A stretch of 61,883 bases of DNA, the filler included. It is 5 parts of 5 records of this genome, joined end to end, with 100 filler letters (N's around TTAATTAATTAA, not from the genome) between each part and the next. Parts side by side here need not be neighbours in the genome. Positions count along the whole stretch, not along the records: positions 25,027 to 51,003 come from SRR2962707_3020; positions 51,104 to 56,479 come from SRR2962707_3029; 3 more parts are not named here. The stretch is one strand, 5' to 3'. Made by a program: the position numbers and the translations under genes. This document shows positions 40,001-51,150 of this stretch, piece after piece; the first letter of the stretch is position 1; the number at the start of each line of letters is the position of its first letter. Under the pieces are notes generated by a model. The model ran no database searches, had not been told where the DNA came from, and saw only the letters and a list, made by a program, of their open reading frames with translations.

Positions 40001-43000
40001 CGACGAAAGTTGTGTTAGCGACCGAAGTGTTGTACAAAGACGTGCACTGTGGCGCAACAGTGTCGAAGCACACCACGGAGGAGTCAACAACCGCCGCCCG
40101 CCCACCACGGGTGAAGGCGGTGACCATTGCGAAAACATAGTCGCCTGCTCTCAAGAACGCAGACAAATCAAAACTTGCCGACGTTGCATCGCCTGCCACT
40201 GTCCATGAAGAGTCGAGCAATTCACACGCGGTGCGATTACGATCGCATTCCCGGGTCAGCCGGCGTATCTCGACCAGGTAGCAGCACATTGCCGACTCGT
40301 AATCAGTCGCTTCGGTCCACTGCACTTCGAAAGACGGCACTTGGACGCCCAACACGTGGTGAAACAGCGACTGAGCCGGGGGCGTGCGACTACGGTCAAA
40401 AATACGCACGGCGAAGTTGTCCGCAAAATCAATCCAACGCGACACTGGTACATCCAGCGGCGCTGATGCGAGGTGCATCATTCTGGAAGTCGTTAGTCCT
40501 GCGACGTGCTCGCTGAAGCCTGGCCGGTCAAAGGTCGGTGGAGTGTAGTCAAGCACAACCAGCGGCGACACGGCGTGTGACGCTAGTCCCACGGTATTGG
40601 TGACGCGGAGCGCGAAAACAAACGCGCTGCCATGAACCATGCCGCGTGGACACATTTGGACCAAGTACGTCGTGCCTTCGGCCTGCGGGACTACGCGAGT
40701 GAAACTTTCGTCGGGGAGCGAGCCAGGTTGCACAGCAATATCAGAGCAAGATGAGATGGGCTCAAAAAACGCCTTGCCGTCGTAGTACTCGTTGCTGAAG
40801 GATGACGATGATCCTTGCGTGCTCTGGGAGCAGGGAATCATCGCGTACTCCACAATAGCAGCCGTGCTGTTCCTCCCGTCGTCGCCTACGACAAACGCCA
40901 GAACAATGTCGGTGCTGTAGCTGAACTCTAGACGCCTCGGGTAGTCCGCTGGCACAGGCAGCGGGGTAAACGATACGCCCTGTGCGAAAAACGGTGCACC
41001 GAACGTGGTGTCAACGAAGGACAGCACCGGCTTCTCGTCGTCGAAGGCAATAACATTGCTGAATACGACTGTTGACAACCCTCCCGTATTATGCACAGTT
41101 GTGCGCGCTTGCACGTCCGTGAGATGACGTGCCGACACCGGCAAGACATATGTGCGGACGTTTCCAACGCTGCCAAGACAGTAAGCACCGGCTGTCGAGC
41201 GCGTGACAGCATCAACGAGACACACCTCGGAGGAGCTGGCTTGCGACTCGCGATCGATGATCCCGCCTGTGTACACGAGCACAGTGCCTTTGCCGACTTG
41301 CTGCGCTGACGTAAACTCGATTTCTGGACCAGTTGTGTCCGGCAGCGGAGCATTGAGGTGCAGTGTCCACAGTGGCTTGACCACGGTCGGCTGAGCCCAC
41401 TCCGACACATCAAACCACGTCTTGCCGCACCAGTCGAACCAGAGTCCGCAAGGAAATTTTACGCACGCTCCCATGCAGCAGCACGCCTTGCACCAAATGA
41501 TTACCGGGCACAATCGGTACTCGTAGTAGCCTCGCAACTGTAGCCTCAGCGGGTTGATGATGGCCTTGACATCCGCTTTGAAGTGCGGACGCCCGGTGGG
41601 ATCAACTGCGAGCGTTCCGGTGACTGGGAGCAACGTGTCCAGAATCGTGGCTGTCAGCATCAGGCCGGCCCGGATAATCTCAATCACCCGGAGCTCAACA
41701 TAGGCGTTGACAACGATACCCCCACCTGGGGTGATGGTGCCCTGCGCAGTAAGCTCCCACAAGTCCAGTTGCCAGGCATAGTCAACCGTGGCATAGCCGC
41801 CAGCGGACATTCCCAGAACCACCACAAAAAATAGCACCGGGATCGGAATCTCGTAGGTGAAAAAAATACCTGACCACGACCACAGCCGCCCACCGCCGGC
41901 TTTAGGCTCGAAAGCCTTGGCAAGTGCGGTGGCATCGAAAAAGACACTACCGACGTCACAGAGGTCGCCAGCGTCGAGAAAACAACGCGGCTCCACGACG
42001 TAGCGCCCTAAGAAGTTCACGAAGACCTCGTTCTCGAGGATCTTCGGCGCTAGGTTCTGCTTCAGCGGCGGAAGGCCAAGAGCGAGGCAGCGGTCTTCAA
42101 TCCCGCGTTGGTGCATCCCGAGCAGCGTCGAGCGCGTTGACAAAGATGCGCTCCACGTAGCAAGCCAAATGTCATCTGAGTCCTCATGAAAGGCAAGCGC
42201 GCCGATACCCATTGGCAACCGCACATTGCGCGCTACCGTGCCCCGCGGATACGCCTCCGGTACGAGCGTGACGGAGTTCCGGTAGTGGAACTCGACGCGG
42301 CACTGAAAGTCCGCCGCCAATGTACACCTTGACACAGCGACGTAGTCCGTGCCGAGCTGATTCACCATGACAAAGTCCTTGACATTGGGTCCGACGATGT
42401 GCACTTGGACACAGCTTGATTCAGTTCCTGCCGCCAACGATGCTTCATCGAGTGAGCACAAGACCGATCCTGCCAGCACGTACAGCTTCCCATCTTTGTT
42501 GGCAAACAATGCATGGGCCCCGTCAGGCGCGTCGAGAATCACGGCGGGTACGACCGTGCCGAGCATGTTTGGACCATTGGCCGCGGAGGCGGCGATGGCG
42601 GTCGGGTAGACAGCTAGCAAATTGCCTGAACAGAGCACCCACGTGTACAATAAACCCGCGGCAACGTCCATGGCATCGCCGCAGGTGAGGTCACGTGTAT
42701 CAGAATTAATTGCCATCACGTTGACTATGGTTCCGCTATTTTTGTCCTGCACCACCAACACCGGCGCGAACTCCTCTGCCCCCTGGCCAACCTCGCCGCT
42801 CATAGCGTGCAGCAGGTGGTCGCCAGTCGCTGACGATGCAAGGGACATTTCAAGCCCACGCGAGACGTAAAAGTTTTCGAGCCCAGGCATTCGCACACCG
42901 CGCACATCCGCGCTGCCGATGCCCTGATTCAGAATGGAAAAAAAGGGAAACTGCTCCTGAAAGCCATCAAGGTACGCTTCGTTGTCAACACCCGCGGGTG

Positions 43001-46000
43001 GGTCGTTGGTAATGCACACGTCACGTCCTCCATCAACTTGGCCCCGAATGCACCAAGTAGGCGTCACCGCCACGGCGCTCGCTGCTTCCTTGGCTCGAGA
43101 CAGTATGCTGTACAGTTCAGCTCGAACTGCATCAACCGTATCGACGAACGTCTTGTGGCGGAGACGCAACCCAGGCACAGTCGTTTGGTACCACACAAGG
43201 TCCGCATTCGCTCCTCCCATGTAAAACTGGCCGCTGATATTGACTTCGTCGTGCACCGATGCTGAAAAATCCAAAAAATTGGCAGCTGCAGCCGCACCCT
43301 GCAGAAGTGCTGGCTGCGTAGTAGTCGAGTTCGAAATCGATGCGTTGACTGCGTGCAGGACATCATGCAGAAACGTCGTCGACGTGGATGTGATATCGAT
43401 TGCAGCGCTCCAAGTTTGAAAGGTGGAGACGGCTGGGGAAAAAAAAGAAGCCGTGATGTTTTCCGCGGTCTCATGCAGATTTCTGGCAATGCTCGCTATG
43501 TCAGGTGTTACTCCTTTCGCGTCGTCTCCGTAAAAAAAATCCATGGTGTCCCCCAGGACTGTTGCCGACTCATTCGAACCATTTGAGGAGCCTTGCTGGG
43601 CGTAGGCTGGCTTCAAAAATCCGAGGCGAGCCCATCGTGCCACATCTCCGCGCGAGAACAAAGGCCAGCTAGGCACATTGTCACTGGCGCCAGCGAGAGC
43701 TGCAATGCCAGCACCAGCAAAGTCAACGAAAAGCTTCGATTCATTGGCAAACGCGCGGGTTGGAGTCGCTTGCAACGACGTGAACAGGGCCCGGATTTCG
43801 TCGGCCGTTTCCTGCCACTCAGGCGATTGCTGTTCGACACCAACGCGACTGATCTGGCGAAGCAACAAAATGGCTTGAGCGACACTGCTGCCAAACTCGA
43901 TACCAATCACGGCAGACGGAACCTGTGCCGACAACTCTGTCGCAGTGGTGGCGAAAGCTCGAAGTTTTGTGGCGTTTAGCTGCGCGGCGTTAGCAAGAAC
44001 AGCGAGTCGTCGCCGCGCCAAACACATTGATTGATTTGCACGCAGTGCGACAGCCAGAACGCAACACTGTTCACGGTTCCAGGCCTGCCTCGCTGCATCC
44101 CACAGCCGATTATCGTCGATGATGCCACCGTTAACTTCGCCAGCGAGAGCTCTGTCGATCACAGCCTTAACCTTTTGCAGCGCTGCCAGCACACTCTGTA
44201 TGGTAGTCCGAGGTTCAGTGACGTTGTCAACCAGCGTCGATGCACCAGTAAGCGCTTCGCAGTGCACGTGCAACGATGGCACGCTCGTTTGCAACGTCTG
44301 CGCTGTGGCAAATGCAGTGACGATGTTAGCATCGATCGAGGACAAGGCGGCCTCAAGCGTGGGCACCACACGCTTCAGCAGCACGGAGCGAAACACTGTC
44401 ACAACACTTAGGGCGCCAGCGTTGGCCATGTCGCTTTCCGTGGCATCGCCGTGAACCGCCTCGCCAAAACCTTGTCCCACCAACGCCACGTCGTCCAGAG
44501 CGTTTGCAAACTCAGAGAAATGCACCATCGTGTCCGCAGTGTCGTTGGAACCGTCATTCCATGCGCTCGAGTTCCATAGCACTGTCGCAGGAAATGAACT
44601 TCGAAGTGCGCGCAGACGGTCGCTGCCTGTCGCGCTGTTTAAACCTGTGAGAGCAGAGGTCACGCTACCGTTGACGCCGAACGCTGCACCCAGCGCATGT
44701 AGCTCTGTTTCCATGTCGAAACGATCAGCGTCGCTGGCCGACGATGCGAAATGTTGCAGTTCTTCGAGGCGTAAGCTGACTCTATCCAAGAACCAGTCTG
44801 TCGCGGCGAGGGCAGCGGGAATGCTGAGGTCGACGCGCTTCACTGCTCGCAACGACGATCGCATTGTGCCAGACAAGTTGTTGCTATTAGAGGCGTGCCA
44901 GGCATCCTCCATGGCATCCCACCTCTCGTTGTCCACGGCGTTCGTAAATTGTGACAACGCATTGGCCCAGTCCTGCCCGTCCACCTGTATCTGTCGCGCG
45001 ATGCTGGCGGCGGCGGCAAAGCGACCAAAGATGGTTTCTTGCTCGGGAAAAGTCTGCGTTAGCTTCGAAATCTCCTGAAGCCAACCGTTTGCTTCGTCAG
45101 CAGCGCTGTCGAGGGGCGATTCAAACCATTTCGCGCGCGATTCGAAGCTCTGCACGATGTGGGCTAGCTCTCCAAGTGCATTCGCGTCAGCCACCTCCGA
45201 GTCTGCTGCCAGCCGGGCCAACAACAGGTGTTGCGAGAGCACGAGGCTCAGGTGGCTAATTTGATCCTGCGATTCCAGCTCCCGGAGCAGCTGTGATAGC
45301 GCGTCGGCTCTTCCTTGACTTTCACCCAGCAGCGAGGCGACGCCTTCCACGGTACAGTTTTTGCCCCACAGCGTGCGATTGCCCAACTCAGCCGCAGATT
45401 CAACCATGTCGAGAACGTATTCAGCCGCATCACGTGCACCAGCCGACGCCCCGCCGGGTGGCAAGTTTTGTGGGATATTCTGTACGAGCGACTCTCGAAT
45501 GGACGAGACGACGCCTGTGGTCAGGTTGTGCAGCCGTGTCCATGCATCTAACATGACCGACGAATCGAGTCGCAGCTGCTCCGCCGTGCGCACCAAACGA
45601 GTCAGAAACGAGGTTGTGCCAATGTCTGCCAAGCGCTGCTGGGTTGCGGCAGGCGTTTCGACAAACTGCATGGCATTATTGAGAGCAATCTCCAGTTGCG
45701 TTGCTGCACCATCAAGGTCCACGCTGGCCATTTGACGCAGGGACTCCAGTGCTGCGGAACTGCTCGTCACGAGTGCATCGAACTCGGAAGTGACGTTAAA
45801 CATCGTCCTATTGTGGCGCAGTTCAAACGCCAGCGGTTCCACGTGGTGCTGATACAGCTTCAGCCACGCGCCACTGTCAGCATCGTCGTTTGCTTCGGCG
45901 AACCGAATCGCGGCGTGCATGCTGGCCAAACGTTCTCTCCACGCCAATACCCTCGACGTGACCGGCGACAATTGGTTTAGCGCGATTGACGCGGAGCTGT

Positions 46001-49000
46001 TGTTGTTGACATTGTTGCACAGTAACAAGGTTTCCGGGGCTATCGAGCGCCGCGCACCGTCAATACCCTTCAGCGCCTCCGCGACATCCTCCACCACCCG
46101 TAAAGCCGCGTCAAACGCCGCCACCCCTTCTAACTCTGTGGAGACCGGATCGCAGCTCGTCGCGTTATCAACGACAATGCCCTGGCACTCAAACACACCA
46201 ACGACACCGGCATCTGTCATTGTGGGCACAGCAGCTCCTGCCAGTGAGGAAAGTGACATCAACAGCGCGTTATTTGCGGAGGCAGCACTAGTGGCAGCAC
46301 CGACAGCTTGCGGGTAACACTCAGCGTCAAGAAGCACGTCAATCGCGCCGTTATAATCCGAATTTTCGAATTTGGAGGCGGCGTTGGGCACACAATCATC
46401 AAAAAACGACTCCAGGGAGTTGTCAAGACCGTCCAAACGTGCCCGCGCGTCGTCCGCCATGCGGGCAAGGCTCGCTGCGTTGGTTGAAAAATCGTTCAAT
46501 GCGTCAAGCGCGCCTTCGTCCACACGATAGTCCACTGCGTTCTCCCTCGCGGTGGCCCACGTCGCAGTGGCGGTCCATGGTGCCAAATGCGATCGAGCAC
46601 ATAAAAACACAGCGTGTGGAGCAGCAACTTGGCTGGCTCCGTTCTCTGAAGCAGTCACCCCGACCGACGGAGGATACGCCGCGAACCGTAGTAGTCCCGA
46701 TTCGGTCCGCCAACACTCACTTTGCTGGTCATTGCCATCCGCTCCGTCGCCCTGACCACGCGCGGTCACTTCAATGCCTAAATCAAACTCTTTGGCAGCC
46801 ATGTCGCACTGCACAACAGACGAAACAGGGGCGAACGGGTACGTGCACCCGGTGGAGCTGTTGACTTTGAAGTACGCCGTGCTGTTCTCCTGCAGCGTCA
46901 AGCCTGCCCCAGCGAACAGCTTCGGCGTAATCAGCTCCTGTAAGCTCCTCGAGGTAGACAGATAAGCAGCTGTGCTGTCATTCGCCGATTGCACCGCTTC
47001 GGCAGCTTCCTCGCTCTGCTTGACCAGCCTGCGCATGGCCCTCCAAAATGGCCCCACGAAAAACTCGGTAGATTGCACAAACGGCGCAAGCTCAGAATCG
47101 AAAAAAACCTGGTGCTCAAACTCAAACTGCTCCGCGACTTGTGTTTGCACGCCGTTCAAGTGCCGAATGGCGTCCAGCGTGTTCAAGTTCACTGAAAGTG
47201 CACCCTTGGCGTCTTCGTCTGTTTGTGCCCATAGGTCGTCCAGCGCATCCACGAGCGCCGCAATACCCGGGATGAGGTCTTCCAAGTCGTCTCGAAACGT
47301 AGCCGTTATCTGCATGAGCAGCGTGTAGTGGCCCGGTGCGAAACTACGCTGCACGTCCTCGTCTACAACGGATTCTTCCAGCACGTCGGCTGGCTGCGGG
47401 GTAATGAGCTGCAAGGGCTCAGTGACAAAGTTTGCCTTCGCTTCGAAAAGGGTAAGCTCGTGGCTGAAGGCAGTGGCCCACACACGGCCCTCGTTAACAA
47501 GCACCACGCTTGATGTGGCAAAGTATGGGTTGAGCCGGAACGCAATCTCATCATGCATGTGAACAAGCATGCTGGCGGCCACCAGCCGCGGGTCACCAAT
47601 CACCTTGCTCCAGTCAAACTGCTTGGAGATTCCCACGTTGATTGTGGGCAGCAGGTCGCCCAAGGTGAGGCGCCGGCGGTGGAATGATGTGCTACTGATA
47701 TTCCTGTAGCTGCTGTTTGGCAGGTCATCCATGGTGTCGGCGTACCCTTGTTGTCCGCCAGCAGCCCCTGCTGTGTGCGCAGCACGTTGCAGGCAATCCT
47801 GCACGGCCTGGAAGACTTCCGCAACAATTCTCAGGTCGTCGTTCTCATCCTCTCCAGATGTACTTTTCGCCCGGCCCCGTTGGTGATCGTTGACACTCGC
47901 ACCACCCGCGGCCTCGCCTTGGCTCAAGATTCGTTGCAACTCTTGCCGCAGAGTAGTGTGCGCTTCTGTGTCGTTGTATGCCGCGAGGCATGCGTCGACG
48001 GCCCGTGCCGCCAACAAGGACAGTTCAAGAGCAGCATGCGTTTGGTTCAAATTTTCGAACAGACTTGTAACAGCGTCCCGGCGCTGCGTAGTGATTGGCG
48101 CTGTGCATGCCAGGCGCACGAGCTCCAAGGTGGCATTCACGTGCACCACACGGCGCAGCACTCTGACGTAGGCGGACAGCACCCGCGGGTCCGATGCCGA
48201 GAAACGCCAAATGTCTGGGCCGACGCTGAGGATCCAATCGTCTCCCATGTTCCCCAGCCCGTGTAGCGCGTCAAGTACGGCATTCTGGATTGCCCGCGAT
48301 TCGCGGTCCCACCTATCCGCAGCGGGGTGCAAAAACTCCGTCATGGCGCGCGAGCAAATGCGAGGCCCTGTTGCAGCTTCTGGATCTGGCCCGTCGCGCT
48401 CGTAGTCTTGTCGCTCGGCCATTTCCGCTCCGGCATCTTGCTCGGGGGTGGTGTGACAATACATTGTGAGCAGCCAAGGATTCGAGGAGTAATGGTGCTT
48501 TGCGGCGCGGAGCCAGTGCATGCGACGGCGGGGAGGCGAGGAACTCCACATTGCTTTCGCCGCGGAGACTTGACTGGCACGAGAGCGACTTCGGTGGGAC
48601 TGCAGCCTGCGCAAGGATGCGAGCGCGCGGCGGCGAATGTTCAATCGCAATGCACCCACGTCGCCTCGCCGTCTCTCGAAATGATCTTGAGACAAGCGTT
48701 GGTTGTTCCAGCGCAGCCGATAATCTTCCGATCCTGCACGATGCGTAGGAGGCTGTCTCAAGCTACTGTCCACAACGACAACAGGTATCGGAGGCGACGG
48801 CGGAACCGTGGTGTCCAGCAGCGTCGCTGCAGCGCTGCCGAGCACGGCCAGGGATAAATTGGAGTCGCTCGCACCCGTGACACGGCCACTAATTTCGCCA
48901 GTGGCACGCAGGTGCGAGGTCGTCGCATTCAGCACAATATCGAACATGTGGTCGAGGGCCTCACGATGACAAATGACGCGGCAGGGGTTGGTGCCAATGG

Positions 49001-50722
49001 CTGTGAGCAGCTCGTGCATGTGCCCGCCTCGCAGCGTGCTGGTTCGAGACACAAGATTGGACAACATCCGAAGCATCGGTGGATCCGCAGCGGCTACAAG
49101 AACATGAAACAACATTTTGAGCGTCGATTCACCATAAGACCTGGACTCCTCCAATCGAATGGCAAGATGTAGCCCCACCGCAGCCACGGTGGTGCAGTTG
49201 TTAGTGTGGTTCCGCAGCAGAAGGTCCAGTCCCATCGCAACTTCCGCGCGCTGCGCATATGTGCTGCTTGGATTCTGAGTAACTGCATCGACGCGTGATA
49301 GTTGTGTTTGGAGCTTGTTGTGCAGCCACATCCCACCTTCGTGGCTTTCCAACAGCTCGCCTGCAACGGTGTCGTTCGCGATCAGTGCGTCAACGACATC
49401 CGTGCACGTCGCAACGGGCCCAGGGGCTTGGTCTTGTGCCAGATACTCGGCGGCAATCAGGTGCAGTGCTGCAACAACTGAAAGCTCATCCTCGACAGGC
49501 GTCGTCGCCGCGCTTGCCACACGCGGGATACTGTCAGAACGCGCGCGCAGCTCAACACGCATTGTGTGCTGCGAAAATCGGCTTGAAAGGTTGCCACTGG
49601 ACAAGTGAGACACGTGCAGGTGCGTCACATGTTCCACGTTGACTGGGACCATGGGTAGTGACGCGTTCCCAGAACCTTGGCCAGCGAAAGAATGAAGCAC
49701 CACTTCGTGCTCGAGAGACGTCTGCATACGCACATGCATATGTACAAACAAAACGAACGCAAAGGCAGGCAAAAGGCAGGCAGGCATGCGTCACTGCGAG
49801 CAATGCCACTCAAGCATTGCATCTCCCTTCGCTAACAAGAGCAGGCATCGCGGTCGACGAACGGACGTACCTGGACGGGTAGTGCATTTGCATGCCTCGG
49901 GAAGGCGTTGTGCATGCGCCCTGGCCGAAACTCGCGCAAGTCGCTGTGAGAGGCCATCATTGAAATGCGCAATTGACGTTGTTCCGGGCCGGACGAGACT
50001 GCGACAAGGCGTGGTGTGAAGGGACCAAAAGGCCCTTGCAGAATGGCATCTACGGTATTGCTGCTCTGCCCCTCAGTGCGGTTCAGTGCATTATGTTCGG
50101 CTTTTGGTTGTGCAAAGCCGGTCGGTAGTCGAAACTGCAACGCGGCCGCGATCCCTTTCAGTGCGTTGACGGCCTCGGCAGGAACGGCACTCTCTTTGCC
50201 AATGTTTGGCAAGAAATACGGGATAGAGCCATTGCGAAATCCAAGGAACAACCCGGTGCGCCCGTCGAGAAGGTCTATCAAATCGTCGTGCGCACGGTAC
50301 TCGACGCTCTCGCTTGGGTACAGCGGCGACTTTCTCGCAGCCATGCGTGGGCGCAAAATGGTCACCGACAACAAGAAATCTGGAGCCTCGCTATCAATGA
50401 GTAGGGCTTTCTCCACCCCTGGGCTCGGATTGTGCAAGCTTTGCCATCGAGCTGCGACTGAGGCTAACACAGTGACCGGGGGCACTGAAGAAACGGGAAT
50501 GCCGCCTGCCTGGCTGCCGTTGCCTGCGCCAGCCGACGAGACTGTGGTGGCGGTGAGCGTGGCATCAAAGTCGACAGACACCGTGCGTGGCGCCCCTTGG
50601 TGGTCGTACGACACATGCCGGATCGGCGAGCCTGTTGCAGACCCCAGGCTTATCCAATGCGTGCTGCTGCAAGCCACGACCAACAACAGCAAAAACCATT
50701 GGCCGGCACACGCTCGCTCCAT
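25068..50722 (-). CDS. Giant (~8,463 aa) single-pass type-I membrane protein: signal peptide, LLT/vitellogenin-N-like head, helical region, beta-propeller-like region, >20 FN3/Ig-like repeats, FG-GAP-like propeller, PKD-like domains, TM helix, ~225-aa tail
   Basis: The three ORF-track ORFs (302, 6893, 1336 aa) join via two canonical introns: 49870-49722 (CAG|GTACGT...ATGCAG|ACG, phase 0) and 29166-29053 (CG|GTACGT...TCGCAG|T, phase 2). Exons 852+20,555+3,985 = 25,392 nt, divisible by 3. N-terminal hydrophobic WFLLLLVVACSS; TM GALCLAGWTMLATFCTCAVVVGLVLLV (~25827-25747) followed by basic RRLPSRKRK; very many N-x-S/T sequons upstream of the TM. Gene model is strong; domain identities are by-eye. 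Confidence 0.88.
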
Positions 50723-50984
50723 GGCGCAGCAAGTGAACACGTGCGTTCAGCACTGCAGCGCCTGCGAGGGTGCCCGGCCCATCCCAAGCGATGCACACAT
50801 AGAAAAACTGATGCCGAGGCTTTTCTCAAAACAACAAAAACAGACAGAATAAACCAACCAGCTGTCGGCTGAGCAACTGAGCAGTTCAACAAAAACGCAA
50901 AGAAGGATTCTTGAGCGGGCGGAACCGCGCGTTGTTCGCGTCACCACTCAAGCGACCACCACTCACGACAACTGCAACAACAGG

Positions 50985-51003
50985 AACAACAACAACAACA
51001 ACA
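50985..51003. repeat. (AAC)n microsatellite at contig end
   Basis: Read directly; abuts the N spacer. Confidence 0.9.
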
Positions 51004-51103
51004 NNNNNNNNNNNNNNNNNNNNNNNNNNNNNNNNNNNNNNNNNNNNTTAATTAATTAANNNNNNNNNNNNNNNNNNNNNNNNNNNNNNNNNNNNNNNNN
51101 NNN
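51004..51103. other. Artificial contig-joining spacer
   Basis: 44N-TTAATTAATTAA-44N. Confidence 0.97.
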
Positions 51104-51150
51104 AGCCTGAGCCTGAGCCTGAGCCTGAGCCTGCGCCTGAGCCTGAGCCT
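51104..51150 (+). repeat. (GAGCCT)n coding hexamer repeat (Glu-Pro) at contig start
   Basis: Read directly; in frame with the ankyrin exon. Confidence 0.9.

Noticed and set aside
41800-41860. IPIPVLFFVVVLGMSAGG as an internal transmembrane helix of the giant protein
   Set aside because: The hydrophobic core is short and sits in a beta-strand-patterned region. The downstream repeats are sequon- and Cys-rich like extracellular domains, which fits a single C-terminal TM better. Not formally excluded.
29106-49787. 6,893-aa ORF as a stand-alone protein, a PKS/NRPS or a viral polyprotein
   Set aside because: Both ends run into introns, and I saw no KS, adenylation, RT, integrase or capsid motifs.
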